Assembly (NCBI GenBank): GCA_013265495.1
Contig: MU058384.1
Span: 5,514,792-5,578,791 of the forward strand
Direction of reading: 5' to 3'
DNA length: 64,000 nucleotides
Origin: Vicugna vicugna
Taxonomy: Eukaryota
Shown here: positions 26,949 through 37,450 of the stretch, in pieces
Layout of the letters: every line of letters begins with the position of its first letter
Position numbering within the stretch: position 1 is the first letter of the stretch
Program-made: the position numbers and the translations under genes
Notes under the pieces: generated by a model
The model's input: only the letters and a program-made list of their open reading frames with translations
What the model was told of the DNA's origin: nothing
Databases searched by the model: none

Positions 26949-27407
26949 AAAAATTAGATCTGTTAACTTAAGGAAAAAAGGACTTGTAAGTTTAAGAAAA
27001 GGAGACTGTTGGGGGATGTTGCTTCATTTAACTCTAAAATATATTTTTTCTTATTAAGAAATCCTGTAGGATGTTTGACTTGGCTTTTTTTTTTTAAATA
27101 TTTAAAAGTAGGACACTGCCTGTGAATCTAGTCAGTAGGAATGACCCAGAGGAACTCATCTCTGAAGATGCATTTAGACTGGGTTTCTTACCTAGAGAAT
27201 GAACTGATGACCCAAAAACCTTATTTCAAATGCTAATCAGCATCCATTAAACAGAAATTTGTTATATTCTGGAATACTATCTGGGTCCGATAATTGGTAA
27301 CTGGGGTATAAGATCATGTCTACTTTTCTTTGGAACACATTAGAATGTTTTTTGAGGGTTACTCAATACTCTTGTGTGCTCAAAACCTATAAAATAGGGG
27401 GTTTTTT

Positions 27408-27870
27408 TCCTTTATTGTGGTGAAATTTATATAACACAACATTTTCCATTTTAATCACTTTTGAGTATGCAAGTTAGTGACATTAATTTTATTCACAATG
27501 TTATATGACAATCACTACTATCCATTTCCAAAACGTTTTCGTCTGGACAGAAACCCTGTATCCAGTAAACAATAACTTAATTTCCCTTTCCTCCTCCTGC
27601 CAGCCCCTGGTAACCTCTAATCTACTTTCTGTCTCTCTAAATGTGCCTATCCTAGACATTTGCTATAAGTGGAATTATATAATGTTTGTCCTTTTGTGTC
27701 TAGCTTAGTTCACTTAGCATAGTGTTTTCAAGTTTCCTCCACGTTGTAACGTGTCAGAACTCCACCACTTTTCACAGCTGAACAATATTCAGTGTATGTA
27801 TATACCGCATTTTGTTTATCCATTCAACTGTTGATGGACATTAGCGTGATTCCCATTTTTGGTTATTCCA
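27408..27870 (-). mobile_element. Old L1 (L1MB-like) 3' fragment
   Basis: TTTATTGTGGTGAAATTTATATAACA...CCAGCCCCTGGTAACCTCTAATCTACTTTCTGTCTCT...TTGATGGACATT. Confidence 0.8.
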
Positions 27871-28194
27871 CACAATAGGCATTGTATATGTAAGTCTTTT
27901 TTTTTAAAGAAAGTTTGTTGAACTTTCCTGAAATGCAAAACTTGGCTAAATTGTAGCTAGCATCGATACCTTTCATTTGATGCCAAAGAAGTAAATGTGC
28001 TAGAAATGAATCAGTGAATTTAGTGTCCCTGGCATTATCAGAAGTGGCTCTAGAGGCCCCAGGCCAAAGACATTGCTAAACAGGAAGCACTTCTTCAAGA
28101 AAGGCTTGCTTCCTCTGTCTGTTTGTCCTTTTATGTCTGGTTTCGCTTTTGCACAGCAACAAGAGCATAACATTTAAAAGAATTGTGCAAAAGC

Positions 28195-28503
28195 GAAACC
28201 AGACATAGTAAACAAACCTATGGTTACCAGGGGGAAGAGGGTGGGAAGGGATAAATTGGCAGTTCAAGAATTGCTAGTATTAACTACTACATATAAAATA
28301 GATAGAAAAATGAATTTCTTCTGTATTGCATGGGGAACTATATTCACTATCTTCTAGTAACCTATAATAAAAAAATATGAAAACGAATACATGTGTGTAT
28401 GTGTATGACTGAAACATTATTCTGTACACCAGCATCTGACACATTGTAACTGACTATACTTCAATAAATAAATACAAAAACAAAGAAATAAAAATTAAAA
28501 ATA
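28195..28503 (+). mobile_element. 5'-truncated L1 3' end (second tail variant)
   Basis: AGACATAGTAAACAAACCTATGGTTACCAGGGGGAAG...GACTGAAACATTATTCTGTACACCAG...ACTGACTATACTTCAATAAA followed by an A-rich tail. Confidence 0.85.
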
Positions 28504-29388
28504 AATGTTATGCTCTTATCTTATTCCCTTCTCTTTCTCTATTTATTCACAACTATAATATTGTTAATAAACTCAAGTAATTCACATTTTAATTGATGTA
28601 TGTTGATTATTCATTAGCATGCCAACTACCACCATAGCTTATAAGTCAGGTTCTGCAGTCTGGCATAATTAACCAGGCTGCACGTAGGACAGGAACATGA
28701 GTTTGAGGGGTCGCGATTGGTAGAATTTACCCGTAGAATTTGCACACCCAAAATGTAGCTCCTCTTTTCCCCTAAAGTAGGTTCTCTAGATTTTCTCCCT
28801 TAGTTAGCATTATTACTATTTGCCTCATCACCCAAGTAGGCCCCTCGGGAATTCCTCTAGACACTCTCCTCTTGCTGACACCCTACCAGCAATCCCACAG
28901 GTGTTGCCTTGTGTGAATATTTATGAAGTTGTCCCCTACTCTCTATTCCTCTAGTTCTACTTGCACAGCTATAATGGAAGCCCTCATCATTCCTTGCAAT
29001 ACTTCTAGGAGACTTAGACAAGAAGGGTCCTTCCCCTGGATGCTGAGCTATAGAGGGACCAGCTTATCAGACTCCAAACGTTGCTGAAGAACACACAGTG
29101 ACTCTGTCACTTAAGATGTGGTGTTCAGCTCTGAAACAGTCAACCCGTAACCCCAAATATCCTCTCTCATGACTAACACTGTTTGAGCCCCAGGGAAACA
29201 TTTCTCTAATCTCCTCTCCACATCTCTTAGATTCTGGAAACAAAAGGCAGCCAACCACATGAATGCTATGAGAGGTGGGTGTTGGGTCATTACCTAGATA
29301 AGAGAAGAAACGTTACTCCATCACGTTGCTGGCGGAACTTAAGTAGGTAGGTGTTTAGGTGAAAAAAAAGGCAAATGAATAAACTCAC

Positions 29389-29782
29389 CATTATGAAATG
29401 AATTGGGTCCTCCCAAAACTCACACGTTGAAGTCTTAATCCTCAGTACCTCAAAATGGAACTATATTTGGAGATAACGTCTTTAAAGAAGTAATTGAGTT
29501 AAAATGAGGTCATTAGGATGGGCCCTAATCCAACACAACTGATGTCCTTATAAGGAGAGGAAATCTGGACGTAGACACACACACAGAGAAGACCACATGA
29601 GGGCACAGGGAGAAGACAGCCGTCGATGAGCTAAGGAGAGAGGCCTTGGAAGGACCAACCCTGCTGACACCTTGATCTTGAACTTCTAGGACCCAGAACT
29701 GAGGAAATAAAAGGAAATAAATTTCTGTTCTTTAAGCCCCCAGTCTGTTCCTTTCTTATGGCAGCTGTAGCAAACTAACACG
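29389..29782 (+). mobile_element. MaLR solo LTR (MLT1A/MLT1B-like)
   Basis: GTTGAAGTCTTAATCCTCAGTACCTCA, ATGAGGTCATTAGGATGGGCCCTAATCCAA, CCTGCTGACACCTTGATCTTG and AATAAATTTCTGTT...GCAAACTAACAC. The 5-bp flanks CTCAC/CTTGC are compatible with a CpG-decayed CTCGC TSD. Confidence 0.9.
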
Positions 29783-31984
29783 CTTGCCAAAGTTCTTCCT
29801 CTCAGAGAGCTTAACTGAATATTTGTTCCCAATGTGCCATTTTCTCGCTTCTCTTCATGTTCCAGTTTCTGGTTCAGAGGAGCAGCTCCAGAGTCTAGCC
29901 CTGGATCTGTAGTTGGAAGAGCTGTACACTGGTCCTCCTTTGTGCTTTCCCTCACAGGCCTAGGACGACAAAGGGCCAAGAAGTGCCTGCCTGAAGTTTT
30001 ATCTCCTCCCATGCCAGAATTCCCTGTCCAAATAGCCCTGAGTGCATTACCAGGGACTATGCCAGCTCCTCCCAAACCCTTCCCCAGGAAGGTGCGTTGA
30101 CCCACTGCTGCGCACACATCTAAGCCTGAGGGACACCCAGATCAGCTGTTTGTGGGTGATACGGTTGGAGCGTGGACACGTGGACTGGAATGTCCACACA
30201 CAAGTGTTTGAGATCTACATGGTATGGGATGGCCCTGGATGATGGCAAGGGAAAGGGGGGAGGTGTGGGGCTGGTTCTGCAGGCCAGCTTTACCTGCGCT
30301 GTGACCTTCCAACATGGTTCTCTGAGAAGCCCTGCAGCTCTTAATTTGTAACTGACCTTCCAGATCCTTAGGATGGTATATTCACCAGGGATCAGGGAAT
30401 AGCATGTATTTTATTTTATGATTTGTTATATGATTCATAACCTTTCTATACTTAGACATATGACAGCTGGGTCTTCATATCTTGCTTCAGACCCCACAAA
30501 TATTAGGATTAGGTTCGGTGGTTCTGGAGGGCCTCACAGATGGGAGTATCATTTGCCACTGTTTCACGTGAACTAGGAAACATTTTGCAATATTAAACAA
30601 TTCATATTACTCTTAAATTTGTATATATGCATATCAGTCTAGACATATATGTGACACATGATGTCAATTTAAATATTAGCAATGAGGTGGATATTAAAAC
30701 AAAAATGACAAATATTTGTGTTTTTATAAACATTGATATGACTTCATTAAATTTTTTAAAAATTCAACATAAATTTTGTCTTATTTAAATAATTTTCATT
30801 TTAATTCTTATTATACTGCATAATTTGTATTTTGTTTTAAGTTGTAATGAATTCTGTTAATTATTTCAAAATAAAAATACATTTTAAACTATAAGTAAAA
30901 TTTTATTTTCTTCCTGTTACCATGATTTATAATTTTTGACAATACATGTACATTTTGTACATTTTGATTATAAATACATTTTCTTTTTTGTTCCTTTAGA
31001 ATAAGCAAAAATTGTGACTATGATAGAAATGGAAAATGCAGCAACAGAGTACAGAAAAGACATAAAAAGGAAAAAAGAAATAGAAAATCTTCTAAGAGGC
31101 TGTAGTCTTAAATTTTTAAAAACCAGAGACAATGAAAGTGAGCAGTTTTTTACTGTGTGTCCCAGATAAAATTTTTTAACATTACAAATTCTTTAGTGAG
31201 GATTTCATTATTGCTCAAAACAATAAAAATGAATGAGAAAATTATTCTAATTGAATCTACAACTTGGGAAGAGGTCAAATGAAACCCTTGCAAGTTCACA
31301 CTTTTTAGTAAATAAAGAGTTAATTACTGATTGGAACAGTGAGAACTTCTGTGGTTCTCCCTGGCATTTGTCCTAAGGCTTTGCGGCATTCCCCAAGACA
31401 GCCTCCTCACAGACTTCAGTCCCCACTCTCTGTCCCCTCATCCTGTCCTACATGCTGCTGTTAGAGTGGGCTACCTGACCCCGGCCACTGAAAGGCCCTT
31501 CAGCAACCTGCCACCACGTGGCACAGAGCTGCCCCAGGACACAAACCCTGAGTGGTTGATGCCGCTGGGGGCAGGGAAGGTTTCTCCGGCTACGCAAGTG
31601 GGAGGAACTATGCAGTACAACTACGTTATTTCTGGAAGACTTCTTGAGGATGTTAATGCATTAATCCCTTGCTTGAATCTCCAGGAGGAGAACCTATATT
31701 AGGCAGATCTCCTGAGTGTTTTCACTGATGGGTTTGTAGATCTGGTGTTCTTGGAAAAGTTGGTCCAGAGCATTCCTCGATGTAACAGCCACTAGCCATG
31801 AATGGCTACCTGGCACTTGAAATGTGGTGAGTCTAGATTAGAATACGTTCTAAAAATAAAACGCACTGTATTTCAATGATTTATTATAAAAAAGAGAAGG
31901 CAAACTATCTCAATAAAAGTTACATTGAATACATGCTGAAATGATAATATTTTGGGGTATATTGCATTAATAACATACATTGCT

Positions 31985-32523
31985 CAACAACAACAACCAA
32001 AAACAAACTCAAAGATACAGAGAATGGATGGGTGGTTGCCAGAAATGGGGGTTGGGAGGTACAAAATGGGTGAAGGTGATCAAAAAGTACAAACTTCTGG
32101 TTATAAAATAAAGAAGTAATGGAGATATACGTTGTATAGCATTGTGACTGTAATTAACAATACTCCATTGTATATTGAAAGTTGTTTAGAAAGTAAATCT
32201 GTAAAGTTTTCACCACAAGAAAAAAATTGTAGGGGAGCTTATAGCTCAAGTGGCAGAGCTCATGCCTATGCATGAGGTCCTGGGTTCAATCCCCAGTATC
32301 TCCTCTAAAAGACACAAGTAAATAAATAAACTTAATTACCTCACCCCTCCAAGAAAAAATTAAAATAAATAAATAAAATTTTAAAAAATTGTAGTTGTGT
32401 GATAAGGGATGTTAACTAGACTTACTGTGATGATCACTTTGCAGTATATACAAATACTGAATCATTATGTTGTAAACCTGAAACTAACCTGTCAATTACA
32501 TCTCAATTTTTAAAAACATTGAA
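31985..32523 (+). mobile_element. 5'-truncated L1 3' end (L1MA-like), interrupted by a SINE
   Basis: Typical 3' UTR text: GATACAGAGAA...GGTGGTTGCCAGA, TGTTAACTAGACTTACTGTGATGATCA and CTGAAACTAA. Degenerate 13-bp TSD AACATACATTGCT (31972-31984) / AATATAGATTGCT (32524-32536). Confidence 0.8.
32233..32382 (+). mobile_element. tRNA-derived SINE (camelid vic-1-like)
   Basis: A-box TAGCTCAAGTGG, B-box GGTTCAATCCC (32283-32293) and (TAAA)n tails. Perfect TSD AAAAAATTGTAG at 32221-32232 and 32383-32394. Confidence 0.9.
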
Positions 32524-34409
32524 AATATAGATTGCTAAAAACTTAATTCTACTTGGTTCTCTTTTTATTTTTTTAATGTAGCTGCTAGAAAGTTTAAAAT
32601 TCCACCTGTGGTTTGCATTTTATGTCTATTGGACAGCAGTGATCTGAGGACAGCATGATATGTAAGACTATTCAGGACCTAGTGTCTACCCATCTCTCCA
32701 GAAATTTCTCTTAATAGTATCTCCCTTTGGGCTCTAATCGCTACACACTGTTTAAAGAAATCTCTGTCAGTCTCTACCAACCATGACCATCAGCAGTACC
32801 AAATGTCTTAACATTTCTATGTGTTTGTTTCAACTCCTGGAACTACATCAGGCTAATACCTGTTCAGCTTTTCGGTATCAAGCATCAATCACTCATACAG
32901 GAAGCCTATCCTGAAATCCAGACACACCTATCCCTTGGCCTGGTTAGGTGACCTTCCTCAAGGCACCTGTAATTTCCTGCCTAAACACTGAACCTGTACT
33001 CACTGCGCGTCTAGGTGAGCATCTGCTTATGTATCTCACTCTTCCAGGACATTGAAACATCTCGAGGGCAGAGACAGACCTTACTTACTTTTCTATTTTA
33101 TGTTTCTAGCACCTATCACAGTGAATGAATGAATGGGTGATTCAAGAATGGAGGAGATATGGTTCCTCCCCTAATAGAGTACAAACTAGAAGAGGAGACA
33201 GGTAGGTGAATAGATAGATCAAACGTGTTGCTTTAAATTGTGGTATAAGAGATACTGATCATTATAGGAAAATTTCAAGCAGAGAACTCAACTGGAGTCA
33301 GCTTTGTGGGTGGATAACTGTACTGTTGCACAGGGCCTTGTGCTTAATCCAACCCTAAAGTTCTGGGATGGGGTGGGGCTTGCCCCGAATGAGGCTAGAA
33401 TTAGGGACTTTATTTCAAGGAGCTCCTTTGTTTCACTTTCTAATCCAAAGGAGATTTTATAACAGTCTACATAGCAACTGTGATTTGTTTTTATCCCAGA
33501 TAAACATACCCACCTGCTGCTGATATCAAGTCACTCTAAGATGAAAAAACATCTATATTTTTTTCTGATGCCTCTGTTAAACAACCAATTAAGAGTGAAG
33601 TTGTCAGTTCTTTGGAAGAATGAAGACAATTATTTTAATAAATTAAAAGGTGTTATTTTCTGTTCTTTTTATTTTTTCCCTATTTTTATTTTTATTTTTA
33701 ATTAATTAAAACCAGTTGACATGCATATACAAAAACATGTAAACATCCCAAACTATTTAGTATTCACCATTGTTTTTCCCACTGCAAATTACATTTATAT
33801 GTTATCATCTCTTCCAAATTATTAAAGACCTGATTTCTGAATTATAAATATAGATGTTTATCCTTCCCTAATGTAAAATAAACATGATGTTCTTTTACAC
33901 AAAAACAATGTTAGCATTTGAGGCTAAGTTTTGTTTTTATCAAAGAGTTAAGGTTTTACATAGTCTATAAATAAAGATGGTCTTGTTTCCAGTTTGACTG
34001 CCTGGCTCCTGAATTCTGTGTCCAAGCACAGAGCGTTAATGGTTAAGAATTCCTTCCATAAAATGAGAGTTTTCACACATGTTAAGAATTTTCTGAATGA
34101 TTCATTCAACATTGCCCTGGCAATAAAATACAATGTGGCATTATAAGTTTCCTCCTTAATGCTTATAATGCCCTAATCTTTGTAACATTTTTCTCCTTAA
34201 GATTATTTCCATATCTTTCAGGATTAACTGGTTTATGGCATAAGCAGTAGAAAGAGAAATGGCAAAACTATCCTCCAAAACATTAGTTAAAACACAGGCT
34301 TCCATAACCAAAGTTGATAATTAAATTCAGCTCATTGTTTGGTTTACCCTATAATGTTTAAAAGTTATTTTCTCCTGAATGCTTGGCTTCTTGGTGAAGT
34401 TCTTCTGTA

Positions 34410-34620
34410 TAACAAATATTTTTGAGTGATTGCTACACACTGGTGGTTTTTCTAGGCTCTGGGGACACAGCAGTGAACAAGACACACTGGTCCCTGGCCC
34501 AAAGGAGTTGATAATCTAATGTAGGAAATAATAATAAAAAAAATTGTGTACATGATAATTTCAGATGGTGCTTTGAAAAGACTTGAAAGTTGTGAAGAAA
34601 TGAGCATAGGGAAAGGTGAT
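34410..34620 (-). mobile_element. L2 3' fragment
   Basis: AACAAATATTTTTGAG...TCTAGGCTCTGGGGACACAGCAGTGAACAAGACA...TTTCAGATGGTG. Confidence 0.7.
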
Positions 34621-35389
34621 CTGACCAGAGGGGTAGGGAAGATGCACCCACATCAGTGTTGTGTGGCCACGATTCGCCCCGACTTCACCGTGACTACCTC
34701 AATCTCATCCTGCCCGAGCTTCTCCTGCCTCGGTAGTCATTTAATGACTATTGTAACTCTTCTAGTCCTACTGATCTCTTCTTTCTTACGCACATGATTA
34801 ACAGTTTCTATTCTTTTTCAGCCACCTCTAAGACCACAGAAATGATGGGCAAATTTAGTAGTACTTAGGGGAAGCCAACCTGTTCAACTCTTCTTGGTTT
34901 AATCCCTTGAAGCAAATGTCATTTGATGGATATAGAAAAGAACATGAAGTCAGAAAACTTGGCTTTGAACCTCTTCTTTTCTACGTATTTGGCTCTTACT
35001 TAACCTGAGTCATGGTTTTATTGTCTCCAAACATGGGGAAAATGATCTCAGTTACAGGATGCTGTTGTGAGATGCTGAGAAGTACCACGTGGACCATCCA
35101 GGGCACCTGCTGAGACTTCACTCCCCATCAGACAGCTGAGGTTTGCTATTAACATTCCAATAACTCAGCCACAGAATGCAAGATCCAGGCTGTTCTCTAA
35201 AATACTGTGGCAAAATTCCCATTAATACAAACTTTTCAGTTCTAGAGACAACATGAAAATCATGTTTGGATGAAGCAATAACTCAGGAATAAAAAGTCAT
35301 CATTTAGGTATGTGAAGCAGGTCTTGTTCCATTGGCAAGAAAGTAAATGAAGAACAAATCCATACATAGGGAAAAAAAATTGACTTACG

Positions 35390-36300
35390 GGGATTTGGGA
35401 AACATCCTTGACTTCTCTTACCTCTCACATCCTATGGATTGTCAAATCCCATTGATTCTGCCTCCTTAAGATCTCTTTTCTACTCCCACCATGTTCTTAT
35501 CTCACACTGGCAGCCACATCTCACTTGGGCAGCTAAAGGACCTCTTCCCTGAGGTCCCTTCTTCTGTTCATTTATCTCCATACCTCTTTCCTCTTGTCCA
35601 CACCAAAGTGGGGGGAAACATTCTAACACTGTTTCAAGACTGAGTTTTCTAAAATGGAAACCTCACCATGTTACTTTTTTGCCTAAATCCATGCAAAGTC
35701 CTTTTCACGGTCATCAGTGCAAAATCCACTCTTTAGCACGACATCATTTGCACTGCCGCTCCCTCCTGTGTGCCTCGGTGCAGTCAGGATGGCCGAACTG
35801 CTGGCCGCGCTCTCTTGAACTTACTTCTGAGCTTTTGTTCACGCATCTTCCTTTGCTCTGATTGGCTCCGCTAGCCGCCTTCTCCAACCGCACTTCATTT
35901 AGCTAACTCTGGTGATGATGTGCTTTTAAACCCTCTTCCCTCACCTTCCCCTCATCCTAGCTCCACACGGGTTACATGCAGGATCAACTGCATCATTTGC
36001 AGGGCCCTGAACAAAATGAGAATGTACGGCTCCTTGCTCAAAAAATAATTAAGAATTTTACAGATTGTCCACCCACAAAGCTGGTGCCAGTCAAGTTCTC
36101 TGCTCAGTCTCCATGTAACTGTCAGTACTATTCATAGCACAATTTAAAGCAACACATTTGAACTATCTATTCGCCTATCCGCCTCCTCTTCTAGATTATA
36201 CTCCATGAGGGAAGAAGCCACATCTGCTTCATTCTTGAATCATTCACTTATTAGGCACTAAACATTTATTCAGGGTCTTATACACCAGGCACTATGCATG
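35390..36300 (+). mobile_element. Decayed L2 (interrupted by the MER45A-like piece)
   Basis: CATCCTTGAC...GATTCTGCCTCCT...AAATCCA...TAGCTAACTC...CTAGATTATACTCCATGAGGG. Confidence 0.5.
35979..36090. mobile_element. Internally deleted MER45A-like element within an L2
   Basis: ATTTGCAGGGCCC...CAAAATGAGAATG...CCTTGCTCAAAAAATAATTAAGAATTT. Confidence 0.55.
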
Positions 36301-37229
36301 CATCCAGCCTTGTGCTAAATATTTTATATATAATAGGGCAGTGGTAGGGCCTCATGGTCTGGGCTCCTGGTTCCCACCTAGCCTGAATCCCCCATCTCTC
36401 CTCCCCATTCACCACATTTATTTGCAGCATCCTCAGTCCAGGCCCCTCCTCTCACACTGTCTCTCCCTGTCTCAGGCTTGATACTGCTCTACATAGTCCA
36501 AATCTCCTTCCAGTTTAATATGACCCAATGCCCAGGGATATCAGGGCTTAAATTCAATCTCTGAAATACAGATACGTCTTATACCTCAGGATTTTAAGTC
36601 TGAAAAGATCCACCCCAGCTACCTCTGTCTTTCTCTAAACCTAAAGTGGGAAAATGAGGAGACAGCGTGGAGATAAGAGGGTAGCCAAAAAAGGGACCTA
36701 AGATCTTCCTATTTTAGTCATTTCCCTTTGTTGTTAAGAGTTAACAATAGCTCTGAGAGCCTCACAAGGCCTAACTTGAACACAGACAAGGGAAACTTTC
36801 CTCTCTTCCCCAGGGGACCACAGTACAAATGACTCGCTACTTAGAAGCAGCAGCTGATAGCAATGGAAAGCAGAGCAGATGGATCCTTGGACAGTAATGT
36901 CAGCAATAACTCACCCCCAGGGACTCCAAGAGGAGGCTCCAGCTCCGTACTCTTCACCAGCTTACCCTCTTCCCTCAGAGCCCAGGATTCCACGTCCAGA
37001 CCATGAAGTCCTCGAAGAATGAGGAGTCTAGCTGGAACTGGCTCCACTGCCACAGGCGGGAGAGGAGGAACTGGGGTGTGGAGAAAGAACCCTTAATCTT
37101 CCTTCTACATCTCAGATGTTCTAATACCCAAGACTACAATTTTCACCTTGAACAAGTACTAGGTTTCACTGCGCTATTATTTTAATTCTTCATCTATATG
37201 GTGTGAATTGGCAAAAGTACTTTGGGGCA

Positions 37230-37450
37230 AACAGTAACATCACCGAGTATCTTCTATATTCTGTAAGCTGGGTTGAGAGTTTCATATACAACTTGCCTAG
37301 TCCTCATAATAACCCTTGAAGGGCCAGCATTTCTATGAGTTTCATTTCATAGATGAGGAAACTGATGCCAGAGGAGTTGTGTGATGAGTAAGATATGGAT
37401 CTCAGATTCAAATTTGGCTATGCTGTCTCCCAAGTCCAAGCTCAAACCCC
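37230..37450 (-). mobile_element. MIR SINE
   Basis: TCCTCATAATAACCCT...CATTTCATAGATGAGGAAACTGA...GATTCAAAT. Confidence 0.7.

Larger units (their letters stand above)
31766..32641. mobile_element. MER33 (hAT-Charlie MITE), split by an L1 insertion into halves ~31766-31984 and ~32524-32641
   Basis: Left half contains CAGCCACTAGCCA...GCACTTGAAATGTGG. Right half ends CTAGAAAGTTTAAAATT...CTATTGGACAGCA, matching the MER33 termini. Confidence 0.75.

Noticed and set aside
32233..32305. tRNA gene (A and B boxes present; likewise at 11890-11957, 13685-13757 and 51690-51767)
   Set aside because: The heads are followed by A-rich tails, most are flanked by TSDs, and they lack a clean cloverleaf. They are tRNA-derived SINEs.
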